A DNA stretch of 62,106 bases, filler included, from Sphacelaria rigidula (GCA_964200075.2; 11 parts of 11 records of this genome joined end to end with filler, not necessarily neighbours in it), one strand, 5' to 3'; shown: positions 1-12,075, numbered from the whole stretch's first letter. The notes: generated from the letters alone by a model not told the origin. Numbers and translations: made by a program.

Positions 1-3000
1 CTTGCCTTACCCCTACTCTCAATCGTATCGAAGATTCTCAATCTCACGAAAACATTGTTATTTGCACATAATATGCATCATTGCTGTTTTGTTCGACACT
101 AGTTTTGCAAATTTGCGCACAAGCATCGCTGGCTTACTACATCGCCCTTGTGAGGTTCTTCTTGTTAGATTATTTGTATCCCGTTTGAGGGGTAACAAAT
201 GCCCCGCCAGATGAAGATGGGTGTATGGCCAATTATCCGGTCGTTCTGCAAAGAAATGCTCTCCAGACCAGTCGTCTCACTTGTTGATGTGCATAATAAG
301 CGTTCGACGTCAACTCACTAATCTTCTCGAAGTGCATGATATTCTTGGTGTGAAGCAAAAACTAAGCCAGTTGTGTGGCGTCGCGGCACCTACATCTTCA
401 TTGCCTTTCTATCCGGTCACCTCGATCAATAAAACAGGTGGTTGTGCGTGGTGATCGGTTTCATCGCGACTAACAACAACGTAATATATCAAGGAAGTGT
501 CGGACGAATCACCGAATCCATGTTTTGTGGGAACTACCACATAGAAGCGAAAAGAATATCCACCGTCGTCCATCAAGGGATCACATTTTTACATTGGCGA
601 CACAAGGAGATGACTCGTACGCTTCATAAACAGAAAGGTCCCGTAGCCCGGGTGCTTCGCACACGTGAAATCGTCTCGACTGGTGTCGCCATTGTGAAAC
701 TAGCGTTACCTAAGACGGACGTTGTTAGCAACCGTCAAGGCTAAACGATGGTGCTCTTCGTTGTTATGTAGGCGAGGATTGACTGCAGTCGGGGGGGTTG
801 ACTCATGGAGTTATATCCTGCACCGGGTACAGAATAGCTCATGTTCTGTTGATGCAACAGTTAGAGTTCAGTTGTGCTTCCCCAGGGCTGGTCGGTGATT
901 CTTGTTATGTGGAGCTCTTGCATCGTTAAGAAGTATCGTCTAGGGTTCCGGAAAATTGGCTGTACAGGCATAAGAGTTCCGGGCCTCTCGAGCAGTCCAC
1001 GGTTGGGCCTGCTCCTGTCTGGCTTCGTCGCCGGTATGCACGCCATACAAGTGATCACTCCCCGCATACAATATAGCGACCTCCACACCTTTGTTTTTGT
1101 TTTCTGAGTCAGGCCTGAGTGCCGGAGAGAGAAACAAGAAGGTGATTTCGGATAAAAATAGTCTTAGCTCGATTTTTGCGCTATTCCACGTGCCTGGGAT
1201 GCGCATGCCCGGGATGCAACGCTGGAAACAAAGCCCAGGGATTAATTCGTACGGCACGAATCGATCACACTAGAAGCAAGTAAATTTCGTACCGATCATT
1301 CGTCCTACCCTTGCAAGCATCAACACCCTGGGCGCCATATGTGTCGTAGAACGACTCCATATCGACCACTGAAAAATAACGACTTTACATCGTGTAATAT
1401 GTATACGACGTATATTATGTGTGAAAAACAATGCATAGGTTGAACGAAATGACATGAGTCGGACATTGGAGATCGCGTAGTACATGGTATGCCGTAATCA
1501 GAGGTACTGTTGTTCTTGCGAGAGAGTTGCACACCTAACTGCATATTACACAGTTGGGCTTGCCGGGGTTGGAGGTCAGGGAGCGATTTGTTCCGAGATG
1601 TGACATCACGCTCGAAGTATTAAGCACATGGCCATCAGTTGAATGGCAAGGGTTCACTTTGTTCTAGTTGAGAATGGGGAGAGAAACACCAACACGAGAT
1701 GTCGGCATACAAACAAGAATGCAGCATGAAATCAGGATATTGTTTTTCACCTACAAACAAATCTATTTCATTTTTGGCCCTACTCTTCGCCGTTTGCATT
1801 TCTTCCGTCAGTGAACCCCGACGAGGACAAAAACCCCGAAAACCTCCCCCTCACAAAGAATCACCGCTGGCCAGACAGGAAAAACAAGATCGGCGCGCGC
1901 GCACAAAACATATTCTTGTAACCGTACAGCAAAGACCACGTGTTATTGACCGGCCGCTGGCGCCAAAAACGCAGACAGGGCGGAGTCCACCCATCGACGA
2001 TCTCTCAAGTCTTCTCCCTTCTTCCCCCTCATAGAAATGTGTGTGTTTTGGCCATCCATCTTCCTCGCGCAACTATGCAGTAATCGAACACAAAAAAAAT
2101 AACGCAAGTCTTTTTGAAGTGCAGCAACAGTACAGCAACGGCAACACAAACATCGCCTGTACTCTCCCATTTCTAGAAGGTAGTTGACGGTCGCGCATAG
2201 ATACCCATACCCCAAACAGAATGCCCCCCACTCCTTCCCTCCCCTTTTCCCGTCGGATAGGTAGCTGGCATTCGACGCGCCGTGCTGCTTCGGATACTTC
2301 ACACACGATACCGAAAACAGCATGAGAACTGTCAAGAACTTCACATTAACAGCGAAAACCACCACCGGCGCACGAAAGGAGTCAGATAACACAAACAAGA
2401 TTAATGACAAAATAAACGTATGTAACACCACCCCACCCCCCTCTCGCGTGAAACATTGCGGTGTTAGTCTATTGCGTACGATACTTGGGACCCAAAAACG
2501 AAACGCTAGACGTTGCACACTTGCTTTATGGTTTGCTTGTATTCTGGCTATCAAAAAAAGAATGCTGCGGCCGCTGATATCAAGTTATGAGCAAAGCAAT
2601 GAGACATCATCGGCCATGAACCCCTGCTCACGCCCATGGGGACCCTCAACAGACGGTTGAATCACCGTCACGATTTCAAACATGCTTTCTTATCGAACAA
2701 CTAAAAAAATGCCCGACGCAAATTCTATCGTTTGTTGGTCGGTTGGACATGAACGTTCGTAAGCTTTGAAGCTTCGATAACACGAGGTTTCGATACAACA
2801 AGCACAGACACACGAAGAAGAGCAGTCACCAATGACTTACGTCGTCCACAGCAACAAACCTCTTTTTCTTGACTACAAAAATACAACCACTCGCTCGAAT
2901 GACATTCGAATCCTGTCTGCACAAAAGACAGCAAGAAGAAATCTCGTAGCTGCTTTTCTTGATGAGCCCACGTACTCCGACCCCAAGACTCAGTGAACAG

Positions 3001-3179
3001 CCCGAAACTTTTCCCTAAGAAACTATGACCGTACCTTGCGTCCGATAATATCATATACAACACCTTGCACTTTGCTTCGTGGGCGGCCCACTCTGTCTGC
3101 ACGCACATGAAGAGAAAAAAAGCTCGTCGGCAGGAACAGAATTTTGATTGCACAGTCGTGGGCGCCCATGCGACACGCC

Positions 3180-3359
3180 CTACATAATGTTGCACTTTGC
3201 AGTGTCCCTCTGGAGCATAATTGCCTCCACCTCCTCCGGCGTTTTTGGCGGCCCCGATTGATACACGTCTTCGATCTTCAACCCCGCACAATCTCTTCGC
3301 ATGTAGAACAGGATGTACGCGCTCGGGGAGACGAGCTCCTTCTCCTCCATCTCCGTCAC
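3180..3359 (-). CDS. Terminal exon of a ubiquitin-specific protease (USP/UBP, peptidase C19) ending in CaaX motif CNIM
   Basis: After a gaag| acceptor reads VTEMEEKELVSPSAYILFYMRRD...AKCNIM*. SAYILFY-RR is the C-terminal USP catalytic-domain motif. 180 nt, phase 0. Confidence 0.85.
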   Translation of the reverse strand: MTEMEEKELVSPSAYILFYMRRDCAGLKIEDVYQSGPPKTPEEVEAIMLQRDTAKCNIM

Positions 3360-4186
3360 CTTCAACACAGGATACATCATGCGCACCAAGAGGTCGTTTT
3401 CAAGCAAGGCCACGATAAAACTCCTCGGGCGCGAGAATTCATTTCGGAACAATATCACCGGCTGGCCTACAACACTGGTAACGCCCGTACCGTTGTAGTC
3501 TGTACTCAAGATTATCTCTGTTCGTGAGCATCACTCCCAACAAAAACATACCATCACCATCACCATCACCATCCAGTCCGTGGTGCCCAACCCTCGATTC
3601 ACGTAATATCAACCAGACCAAGAATGATGCTGTAATAGGCGGGACGGGGTAGGCCGGAGCAGGAGCGGGGAGGGGGGGCGTCTCGTGGCACTTGCTTACG
3701 CTCACACCTCGTCGCCTTGACGCGTCGATAGGCTGCAGTATGCTTGATCCAGATGGACGACCCGCATCGCGGTCAAATGGTTAAGCAGTGTGAATAAGTT
3801 CGACATCAAGTTGGCACCAAACTAATAGATACCCAATGAACTCTACTGCCTGCATCGACCATCGATCCATTCGAGGTGGCCCCCTTCGTGGAAAGCATGG
3901 TCCGTAGGTCTACTTTTCCGAATACACAAGCTGCAGTGGAGTGACCGCCTCATTTCACAGGGAAGCTGAGTTATGTTTCTCATCGTCCCGCCTGATATAT
4001 TACGTATAATAGCGTTGTACCCAATAATAATTAGGGAACTCTTGTACGTAACGTGCCCCCCACCCCACCCGCCCCCGGAATGGAAACTGAGACGAAAGAG
4101 AAATCAAGCAAGGTAGAAAAGAAGTAATAACGACGGAGAGAGAACAATAGACCAAAAAAAGAACGGAGAATGATTCGACAAGTCAA

Positions 4187-5450
4187 TTGAGAATAGGATC
4201 GTGGAACGTGTGTGGATTCGCCACAGACGAGCATAATAGAACAGACATAGCCCCAACAAGTAAGTAACCGCGACGTGGATATAGTGGGAATCCAAGGGTC
4301 ACGGGAAAAAGAGGGGGCTGGAATGGGATGCAAAGTTGGAGAGTTCCCATCGATAGGGAAAAAGCAGGAAGGGCAGAACCCTAAGAATAGGGGAGCGGGG
4401 GGAGTAGGATTCTTAGTCACGGAATACCTATGTGAAACCATAGAAGTGACCAGAGACACAAAATTCGACGAGAGTAAATGGATACGGGTACCAGAAGCGC
4501 GGAGAATCAAAGATTTTTTCGTAGGGAACACTTAGGTGCCCCTAGAATTCAAGAATACGGTAAACGATACACAGCGAAGGTTTGGAGAGATAGCAGCAGA
4601 TGCACAGAAGTATAAAAGACAAGGAGAAAACTGTTAGTGGGAGACTTTGATGCAAGGGTTTGAAGAGCAAGTCAACCGGATGATATGGTTCGGCAATACG
4701 GGGGGGATAAGGACACTGAGAATAACGAGATGAAGACGCTAAACGATAGAACACAAAAGCCAGAGGCAAAATAGACATGGACAAGAAAATGTCAAGAAGA
4801 GAGATGAGATAATGGTATTACATATATGCGCAGAGGACGTAGGAACTACAGATCATCACATAAAAACGACAGAAAGCCAACAGACGAGAGCTGAAGGTAA
4901 TAGGTGGGGTAGGGAGTTGTACAAATGGAATATACACAAACTAGAAATGGAAGAAAAACAGCAAGAGTTCCACGAAGAGATGACCAAAACTGCAGTGAAA
5001 TCTTCCGAGCTGCTGGAAAGCGTACGTATAGTTGATAGTGAAATGGAAAGCGATCAGGCAGGAGCGAAGATTATGGAAGGATGTGAGCAGTTGGTCAAGA
5101 ACGCAGCAACTAAAGCCATAGGGAAAAAAAATAATCGTATGCAACAAAGCAATAAAATGGTGGGATGAGGAGGTTTAAGAGGCTATAAGAGAAAGGAGAC
5201 ATGCCCACGCAAGATACGTATGTATATCGAGTCAGGCTACGAAAGGATGGGAGGAGTATACTTACGCTCGAAAGGAAGTGAAAATATGGTTGAGGACAAA
5301 AAGAGGGATCATGGTAAGATATACTCGACATAACAAATGAAGATTTCGATGGCGGGATGAAACAAACGTGGGCAGGGATAAAAAAAAAAAATGGCGAGAC
5401 AGGCAGAAGGAACAGACAGGGGGATAGCTACCCCAAGAGCACCGAACGGC
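4187..5450 (+). mobile_element. Degenerate non-LTR retrotransposon (LINE), APE-type endonuclease region
   Basis: Broken frames give LRIGSWNVCG, DIVGIQ, RGAGGVGFLV, WIRV, VGDFDAR and TDH motifs with many stops and frameshifts; 3' limit approximate. Confidence 0.8.
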
Positions 5451-5556
5451 GAAATGGTTAGTAGCTCGAGGGGGGGGGGGGGGGGGGGTCGGGGAACATG
5501 GCAGGACACAACAACAAAGGGGGGGCGCCGAAAAAAAACACAGGCGGGGCGGAACA

Positions 5557-5656
5557 NNNNNNNNNNNNNNNNNNNNNNNNNNNNNNNNNNNNNNNNNNNN
5601 TTAATTAATTAANNNNNNNNNNNNNNNNNNNNNNNNNNNNNNNNNNNNNNNNNNNN
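5557..5656. other. Artificial contig-joining spacer (44 N + TTAATTAATTAA + 44 N)
   Basis: Six-frame stop linker inside an N run; identical copies every 5,655 nt. Confidence 0.98.
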
Positions 5657-6187
5657 CGCATCCCTTTTGAGACGGAGCACCGTTCCTACTGCGGAGTTTG
5701 GGGGGGGGGAGATACTTTTGCTCTGTGTTACTCTTTCGTATCTTCCCTGCAATAGAGAAATGCGACTTCAGCCCCATTTTTGTGTTGAACCCCGAAATTT
5801 AAAATCGGCTGTGAAATGACACATGCTACCTGCGCTGTGTTACTGAGCATTGCCTGGATAGTCTATGCCAAAGTCTATCCCTAACACACCCCCTCAACAG
5901 AAGTTGCTTGCGCAAGAAATACTCCGTGTTACCTGGTCGTCAATTGCAACTAATCAACCTTAATGACTGGCTCACTCGCTCCCCCCCATGTGCCAACTTG
6001 ATAAAAATGCTGTTTTCTCGAACCAGCTACTTCTACTTGGAGAGATTGTCGGGATTTCACTCTTCATGCTGACTACGTTTCACGCCGCGAGGAAGCACCG
6101 GGTACCAGTTTCCACCTCAGCCTGTCCCTGCTGCCGCATATATGGGGCAACGTACGTATTATTGTGCTCTCCCGAAAGGTTGCTCAC

Positions 6188-6421
6188 CTCGATGGTCATG
6201 GCCGCTGTGTCCGTGGCGATCAAGCTTGTAAAAATGCGGTTGCTCGCCTCGTCTGTATAGCACCCAAGGTAGCTCGGTCCAGTAGGTGCGGAGGCGCCAT
6301 GGTATACGCCAATGGCATTGAGCCCACCGCAGGTCTCGTTGTCGTCGCCGGCACAGTCCACTGTACATTCCTTGGAGTCGCCGAGACGATCGAAATCATC
6401 CCCGTTGACGCCACAGAAGCA
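6188..6421 (-). CDS. WSC protein long exon, type B (copy 2)
   Basis: CFCGVNGDDFDRLGDSKECTVDCAGDDNETCGGLNAIGVY...YLGCYTDE...AMTIE; 234 nt. Confidence 0.92.
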
Positions 6422-9400
6422 CTGCAAGCCAAGGTTCACGAACCAATCGCGACATGTGAACATACCCAAGATGTGAGCTGTCGGGATTACACATGTAGGA
6501 AGCAAATAAGGTGACTGTTGGTGCCGTCAAGGTACACCCAGATGTGTCACGTACCAGCTAGAAGAGGCCAGCATTTGCGACACAAGCGTATTCAAAGTTG
6601 ATAACCCGTCACATTTGTTCGACCTAGGGTGGGCTGTCTGAGGAAACACATGCGGCGAAAAAAGACCCACAAATTGAAGATGAACATCAAGAAACTCTAA
6701 TATTCCCTTGCTCACTTCGTTCTTGTAGCCATATTTGTTGAAGGCAGGGTGGGATGGCGGCGTACAGTACCGCTCCGTATCATCAACCAAGTACCTACGG
6801 CTGTAGAGGCGATGTCTACATGTACCCTTTGAATACGCAGGGGATATTCTGAGCCCGTATATGCCGATTCATTGCTTCGAGTAGTAACATATGTGTACGT
6901 AAGAAGTTCTCCTGCTGAAAATTCCTCAACCGTATTTGTGGTCAATGAGGTATTTGCCGCCGGCAATAAACCTAGCACATCTCTGTTTCATCGAGTACAA
7001 AAACTTCAAACTCAACGACGCTTGTGTCCGGCAGAAGTTCATGGAACGAGAAGGAGAACGGAGATATAGCAGCACGGCGTGAGGGGAGCATTGTGAGCAA
7101 TGCCCGCGGCATTGCTTACCTCGTTTCCGAATTCCACGCCGTAGAAAGGAGCATTGCCGCAGAACATGGCGCATACCTGCGCTTAAGCGTCGAGCAGAAA
7201 CGCAGGAAGATGAACGAGTCGACGCTACAAACGGTCTCACGGATGTAGCACGCACGCGCATATTTGTGTTGTAGCGAACAATTCGAGGCCCGGAGTTGTG
7301 CTGATGAGGCCAGCAGCAATACACACGGCCGACAAGCGTTGCACTCTGTATGCAGAATTACGCTCGTCAAGATGCAGGAGATAAACTACTTCACTCTTTG
7401 GATATTTTGTTTATAATGGCTGCAGCCAGAAGAAGCGCTTTCGTAATGCGTGAGAGGACCGCGTGCTTAGAGGACCGCATCGGAATTTGAACACCCATAT
7501 ATTTAGGGTTGGACTCAGGGTTAGTGTTAGGGTTGTAGTCAGGGGCGTGGTACCTGCAGGGACTGGCCCGATTGGTTTTGGAAAACGTCGATCCTGAGGT
7601 GTTTCGAAGTATGGCGCGGTCCTCAAAGCACGCGGTCCTCTCACGCACTACAGAGAGGACCGCGTGCTCAGGGGGCCGCATCGTACGTCGAAACACCTCA
7701 GGATCGACGTTTTCAGGACCAGTCGGGCCGGTCCCTGCAGGGACCACGCCCCTGATCTAAACCCCAACACTAACCTCAACACTAACCCTAACCCAAACTC
7801 GAAGCATAGGGGTGTTCAAACCCCGAGGTGTCCTTAACCTGCCACAGGTCCCCTACGCACGCGATCCTCCCACGCATTACAGCTTCTACAGGGAACATGA
7901 AACGTTGAAATCGCATGTGAATCGCACACCGTACTTGCTGACCATTTTCTTACCGCCAAGGTCATGGTAGGTTCATTCTTGAGGGATTCTCCGGTGAGTA
8001 CACGATCGATACTGCTGTCCACAAAGCAACCGGCATACTCTGGGGCACGATCATTAAACGCGTACACGCTGATCGCGTTTAGCCCACCGCACGTCCTGCT
8101 GGCATCGCCGGGGCAGTCCATATCACACGTAGCCCTCCCGAGTTCGTCAGGGACGTCTGATGCCACTCCGCAGAAGCACTGTGAGGAACAGACGCGTGAG
8201 ATGGGTAAAGTTGACACTGTTCAAGGGAGTAGGCTGCCACCGCACTCATGAATAGGACACTGCACCTGCAATGTGGACTGCACCTGCAATGTGGACTGGC
8301 TGCATGTGCCAACAGCTAGCGTCTTGATTGCAGTTTTCTGTCCGAGGTAGGAGTCATGCTACGATAGGGGCAGGGGTGTTCGATTCCACGAAAACATTGG
8401 CTCATATGTGCGTCAGACGACCCCACACACTCGCGATGCGCTTGTATTTGGGTAAACGCGATGCCAAACAGTATAAATGAGCGTTATAAATCGGAAGCAA
8501 GCGCGTTCGAACTACCGTTGCTGCTATCAACGACGATTGCAAGTAGAATTCCGTGGAAGAAAGCGGCACAAAATATCCCCCCCCCCCTATCGTAGCATGA
8601 CTCGTACGTGCAATCACTCGTACGTCGAGAAAGGAGCATAGAGAACAGGATTTGCCATGTTCTATATTCTCCAGGCCTGCCCGCCGCTGAAACGTTAAAC
8701 ACACCAGCAGAGATATTAAACACTCTTGTATCAGTGCAGCCGCACCGCCGGGAGTTTGAGACACTCGCGACACGATGTTGCAAATCGCCACACGCAGGTT
8801 CTGTATGACACACAATGTGACAAGAGTTTACCTCGACGCCCCACTCCGTCCCAAAGAAAGCATATCCGTCACAAGCCTCAGAACACGCCTGCATGGATAG
8901 TAACAAGGACCACGAAGATCGCAGTGTAAGTGATTGACAAGCTCACGGGTCGAAGGTGCTTGCTCTTGCCGCTAGTAGTTCACTCTAGTGATGGACGTAG
9001 ATGCTGGTTATTTCGTACCTGGCAAGTTCAAGCTCTGAAGATATGAGCAGAGGGAGCCTCTGCAGGTCTACAGAATGGCTGTAAAATTCTAGAACAAAAT
9101 GCAGAGTAGATCTGCTCAGACGCTGGAGAGCCATAGGAATTCGACTGATCATCCCGTGTATTACAGACGGGAGCGACAACTTCACCAGCAAGTCATGTCA
9201 AAGGTGCATCAGTTGGTACACAGGCACGGCTTACGGAGCCAAAACAATAGCCGCCGGTGCTCTGCGTCGATATTGACGCGCACAAAGGTGTAGAGTACAC
9301 ACTCCCTCACATCGATTGTCAAATCAGCATCGTTCTTCATTGCCGATACGGATAGTACACGAGCAGCGACAGAGTCGGCAAAGCAACCCAGGTAAGTGAA

Positions 9401-10697
9401 CGTCGCAGACGTGGAGTCAGGAACTGAATCGCCGTAGTAAACGCTGATGGCGTTATTCCCACCACACGTTTCACTGTCATCGCCTGCGCAGGCCATTGTA
9501 CAGGCCGTAGATGCCCCTCTGCGGTCAAAGTCGTCGCTATCAGTACCGCAGAAGCACTGTTGAGGCAATCGGCAGCGAACAAGAGTGCGAAAAAGGATGG
9601 GCTTACGTACGGGTAATAGCGGCAGTACACCTTGAATGACAACAACAACAGACAGACGGCACGTTTCCAACTTAATGATGATCTCGGGTGTTTCGTTTGC
9701 GTTGGCATCCGCAGTGACCCGTGGATCTGAGTGCACTTATGCAAGGAAGTATTTCCCGCCACGTTGCTCTGTTCACGATTGTGTCAGCTTGCATGAATAG
9801 GAAGTATGGCGAGGTAACACTCGATCACCAGAAATGAACACAACGAGGCGAGTGAATATGATGTGGCTCACCTCCTCTCCGAATTCCATTCCGAAGAAGG
9901 GAGAACCGCTACAGAATGTCGAGCATACCTGCAGTCGTCGATGGTCCAATAGAGAAACAGGTAGACGAGTTGATGCTGCGCACAGTTTGATGAAGATGGT
10001 ATTCGCGCTCATCCGTTGTGGGTAACAACCAACAGATCCAGAATTGTGCTACTTGGCTCAGAAGGGATACACACTGTTGGGCAAACATCGTTCTGTAATG
10101 CGTGAGAGGACCGCGTGCTTATAGGACCGCGCCTAGGCTCGAAACACCTCACGATCGACGTTTTCCAAAACCAATCGGGCCAATCCCTGCAGGTACCACA
10201 CCCCTGACCCCAACAACACTAACCCTTAACCTAACCCTAACCATAGGGATGTTCAAATTCCGATGCGGTCCTGTAAGCACGCGGTCCTCTCACGCATTAC
10301 AGTACTCTGCATCGAACGGGTGTACATCCGTCCGATCGATGCGAAGGTCGAAGTGCTTCGCTTGTTAGATTCCTTGTTGATCATGACTGCAGGCAAATGA
10401 AGCGCTCCTTCGGAGCACAGAACATGGACAGTTGTTGGGTTTCAAATCGCACATTGCAAATCCATTTTGTACCTTCAAGGTCATAGTAGGCTCATTTTTG
10501 AGAAATTCTCCGGTTAGCACGCGATCGCTACTGCTGTCCACGAAGCAGCCTGCATAACCCGAGGGAGAATCGGTGAACTCGTATACGCTGATCGCCCTTC
10601 GGCCGCCGCACGTTTCGCCGGTGTCACCGGAGCATTTCATGTTGCACGTGGCATCGCCGTAGCGGTCGGGGACATCTGATGCCACTCCACAGAAGCA
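6188..10697 (-). CDS. Multi-exon tandem WSC-domain protein, internal fragment; exons 10473-10697, 9872-9928, 9311-9556, 8832-8888, 7954-8178, 7120-7176, 6188-6421
   Basis: All seven exons have cag| acceptors and |gt donors and are phase 0. The splice product repeats YxGC(F/Y)xD...(M/L)T...C...C...F(F/Y)GxExGxECFCG...C...CxGD...TCGG..AI.VY, with 8 Cys per domain: 3 complete and 2 partial WSC domains. Confidence 0.93.
7120..7176 (-). CDS. WSC protein 57-nt exon
   Basis: VCAMFCGNAPFYGVEFGNE; cag|...|gtaag. Not shown in this frame in the ORF track. Confidence 0.9.
7443..7880. mobile_element. Two abutting, oppositely oriented copies (7443-7651, 7652-7880) of a ~206-bp TIR MITE with internal degenerate TTAGGG repeats
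   Basis: TIR gtaatgcgtgagaggaccgcgtgctt / aagcacgcggtcctctcacgca(c/t)tac; ttagggtt-type tract in the first copy and aaccctaa-type tract in the second. Confidence 0.85.
7954..8178 (-). CDS. WSC protein long exon, type A (copy 2)
   Basis: CFCGVASDVPDELGRATCDMDCPGDASRTCGGLNAISVY...EYAGCFVDSSIDRVLTGESLKNEPTMTLA; 225 nt. Confidence 0.92.
8350..8604. mobile_element. ~255-bp MITE, probably Tc1/mariner-type (TA flanks)
   Basis: TIR gagtcatgctacgatagggg / cccctatcgtagcatgactc flanked by TA; homologous copies at 61327-61579 and ~34090-34320. Confidence 0.8.
8832..8888 (-). CDS. WSC protein 57-nt exon
   Basis: ACSEACDGYAFFGTEWGVE; cag|...|gtaaa. Confidence 0.9.
9311..9556 (-). CDS. WSC protein long exon, type B (copy 1)
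   Basis: CFCGTDSDDFDRRGASTACTMACAGDDSETCGGNNAISVY...YLGCFADS...LTID; 246 nt. Confidence 0.92.
9872..9928 (-). CDS. WSC protein 57-nt exon
   Basis: VCSTFCSGSPFFGMEFGEE; cag|...|gtgag. Confidence 0.9.
10095..10300. mobile_element. Single complete copy of the telomeric-repeat MITE
   Basis: ~36-bp near-perfect TIRs; internal ctaacccttaacctaaccctaacc. Confidence 0.88.
10473..10697 (-). CDS. WSC protein long exon, type A (copy 1)
   Basis: CFCGVASDVPDRYGDATCNMKCSGDTGETCGGRRAISVY...GYAGCFVDSSSDRVLTGEFLKNEPTMTLK; 225 nt. Confidence 0.92.
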
Positions 10698-10844
10698 CTG
10701 CGGCATATAAACAGGTGAGATGAGCGGAGTTGAAAGTGTTGAAAAAGGAGACAGGCATCTACCGCGTTCAATTTTGGGGCACCTTCCCTGGAAGCCTTGC
10801 ATTATCGTGCAACCCCCATTTGGGTATCCTAGGTTGACGTACAT

Positions 10845-11211
10845 GTAATGCGTGGGAGAGCTGCGTACTTTTTGGACCGCATCGTATTTTAAACAACCCT
10901 GGGGTTAGGGTTAGGGTCAAGAATATTGTTGGGATTAGGGCCAAGGGCGCGGTCCCTGCAGCGACTGGCCCGAGCGGTCTTGAAAAACATCGATCCCGGG
11001 GTGTTTAAATTCCGATGCGGTCTAGACAGCACGCGGTCCCTCTGTAATGCGTGAGAGGACCGCGTGCTTGGAGGACCGCGCCGTAGTTCAAAACACCTCA
11101 GGATCGACGTTTTTCAAAACAAATCGGGTCAGTCCCTGGAGGTACCACACCCCTGACCGTACCCTAACACTAACCCTGACCCTAACCCTAACGATAGGGA
11201 TGTTCAAATTC
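10845..11211. mobile_element. Second inverted pair of the telomeric-repeat MITE (10845-11043; 11044-11211, cut by the contig end)
   Basis: Same TIR and body; ggggttagggttagggt in the first copy, ccctaacactaaccctgaccctaaccctaac in the second. Confidence 0.85.
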
Positions 11212-11311
11212 NNNNNNNNNNNNNNNNNNNNNNNNNNNNNNNNNNNNNNNNNNNNTTAATTAATTAANNNNNNNNNNNNNNNNNNNNNNNNNNNNNNNNN
11301 NNNNNNNNNNN
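11212..11311. other. Artificial contig-joining spacer
   Basis: Same 100-nt linker. Confidence 0.98.
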
Positions 11312-12075
11312 CACTTCCCGAGACAGCCATGGTTTATACACTGCCTCATGGGTGCCTCACTAGGGGGGGGGGGGGGTACTCATGATCATGCATGCCATAG
11401 TCGTAAGACCATTGACCTTGACTCCCTACAAGGCCGGGACGGAGTACGCAGGGTGTTCGCCAGACCAGGCTCGCAATCGATCACCAAGCGCGAAGTACCG
11501 TGATGTGTTCGGCGAATCGCGCGAAGGGCGATCTGCGCCGTGCTACGATTGGTCGGGCCGAAAAGTACTAATTATCTTGCACATGGGTGACAGCTTCCAA
11601 TGAAATGCTTCGTTTTTTGGTATCGCCACTTCCAGAGACATCCATGGGTAGGTAAAGGAGGGGGGAGACCTGATTTGTGTCACCATTATCGTACCAAAGC
11701 TTACCGTGTAATGTGGGGAGACAGGGGTGCGCCACTCCCTAGCGCCACCAGGTACAAGGGGACGTGTACTCATGATCATGGATGCCGTAGTCACGAGACT
11801 ATTGGTCTCGTATCCCTACAAAGTCGGGACGGAGCACGCCGGGTTTTCGCCGGGCCAGGCTCGCACGCAATCACCAAGCGCCAAGCGCCAAGCGCCGTGG
11901 TGTGTTCGGCGATTCGCATGAAGGGTGAGCTGCATCCTGCTGAGATTGTTCTGCCCGAAGCCTACTGATTAATCTGCATTAGGATGACAGCTTCCAGTGA
12001 GTTGCTTCATTCTGTGGAATCGCCACTCCTGGAGACGGCCATAGCTTTTACACTGCCTCATGGGTGTCTCACCAT
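11312..12075 (-). mobile_element. Clustered 3'-end fragments of a LINE-related repeat (family 2), with further remnants at ~14260-14360
   Basis: Two diverged ~280-bp copies (~11375-11650 and ~11765-12070). The minus-strand end ...ggtcaatggtcttacgactatggcatgcatgatcatgagtac runs into a C tract and is homologous to the family-1 LINE terminus. Confidence 0.65.

Noticed and set aside
1..1560. Coding region or viral insert at the window start
   Set aside because: All frames are interrupted and no family motif was recognised; one short exon-like stretch near 1310-1368 could not be extended credibly
3708..3805. USP His-box exon (minus-strand LFTLLNHLTAMRVVH)
   Set aside because: Resembles L-x-x-x-x-N-H-x-G but lacks GHY and a convincing acceptor; at best a decayed copy
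7500..11195. True telomere or chromosome end
   Set aside because: TTAGGG tracts are short, degenerate and enclosed by TIRs inside introns
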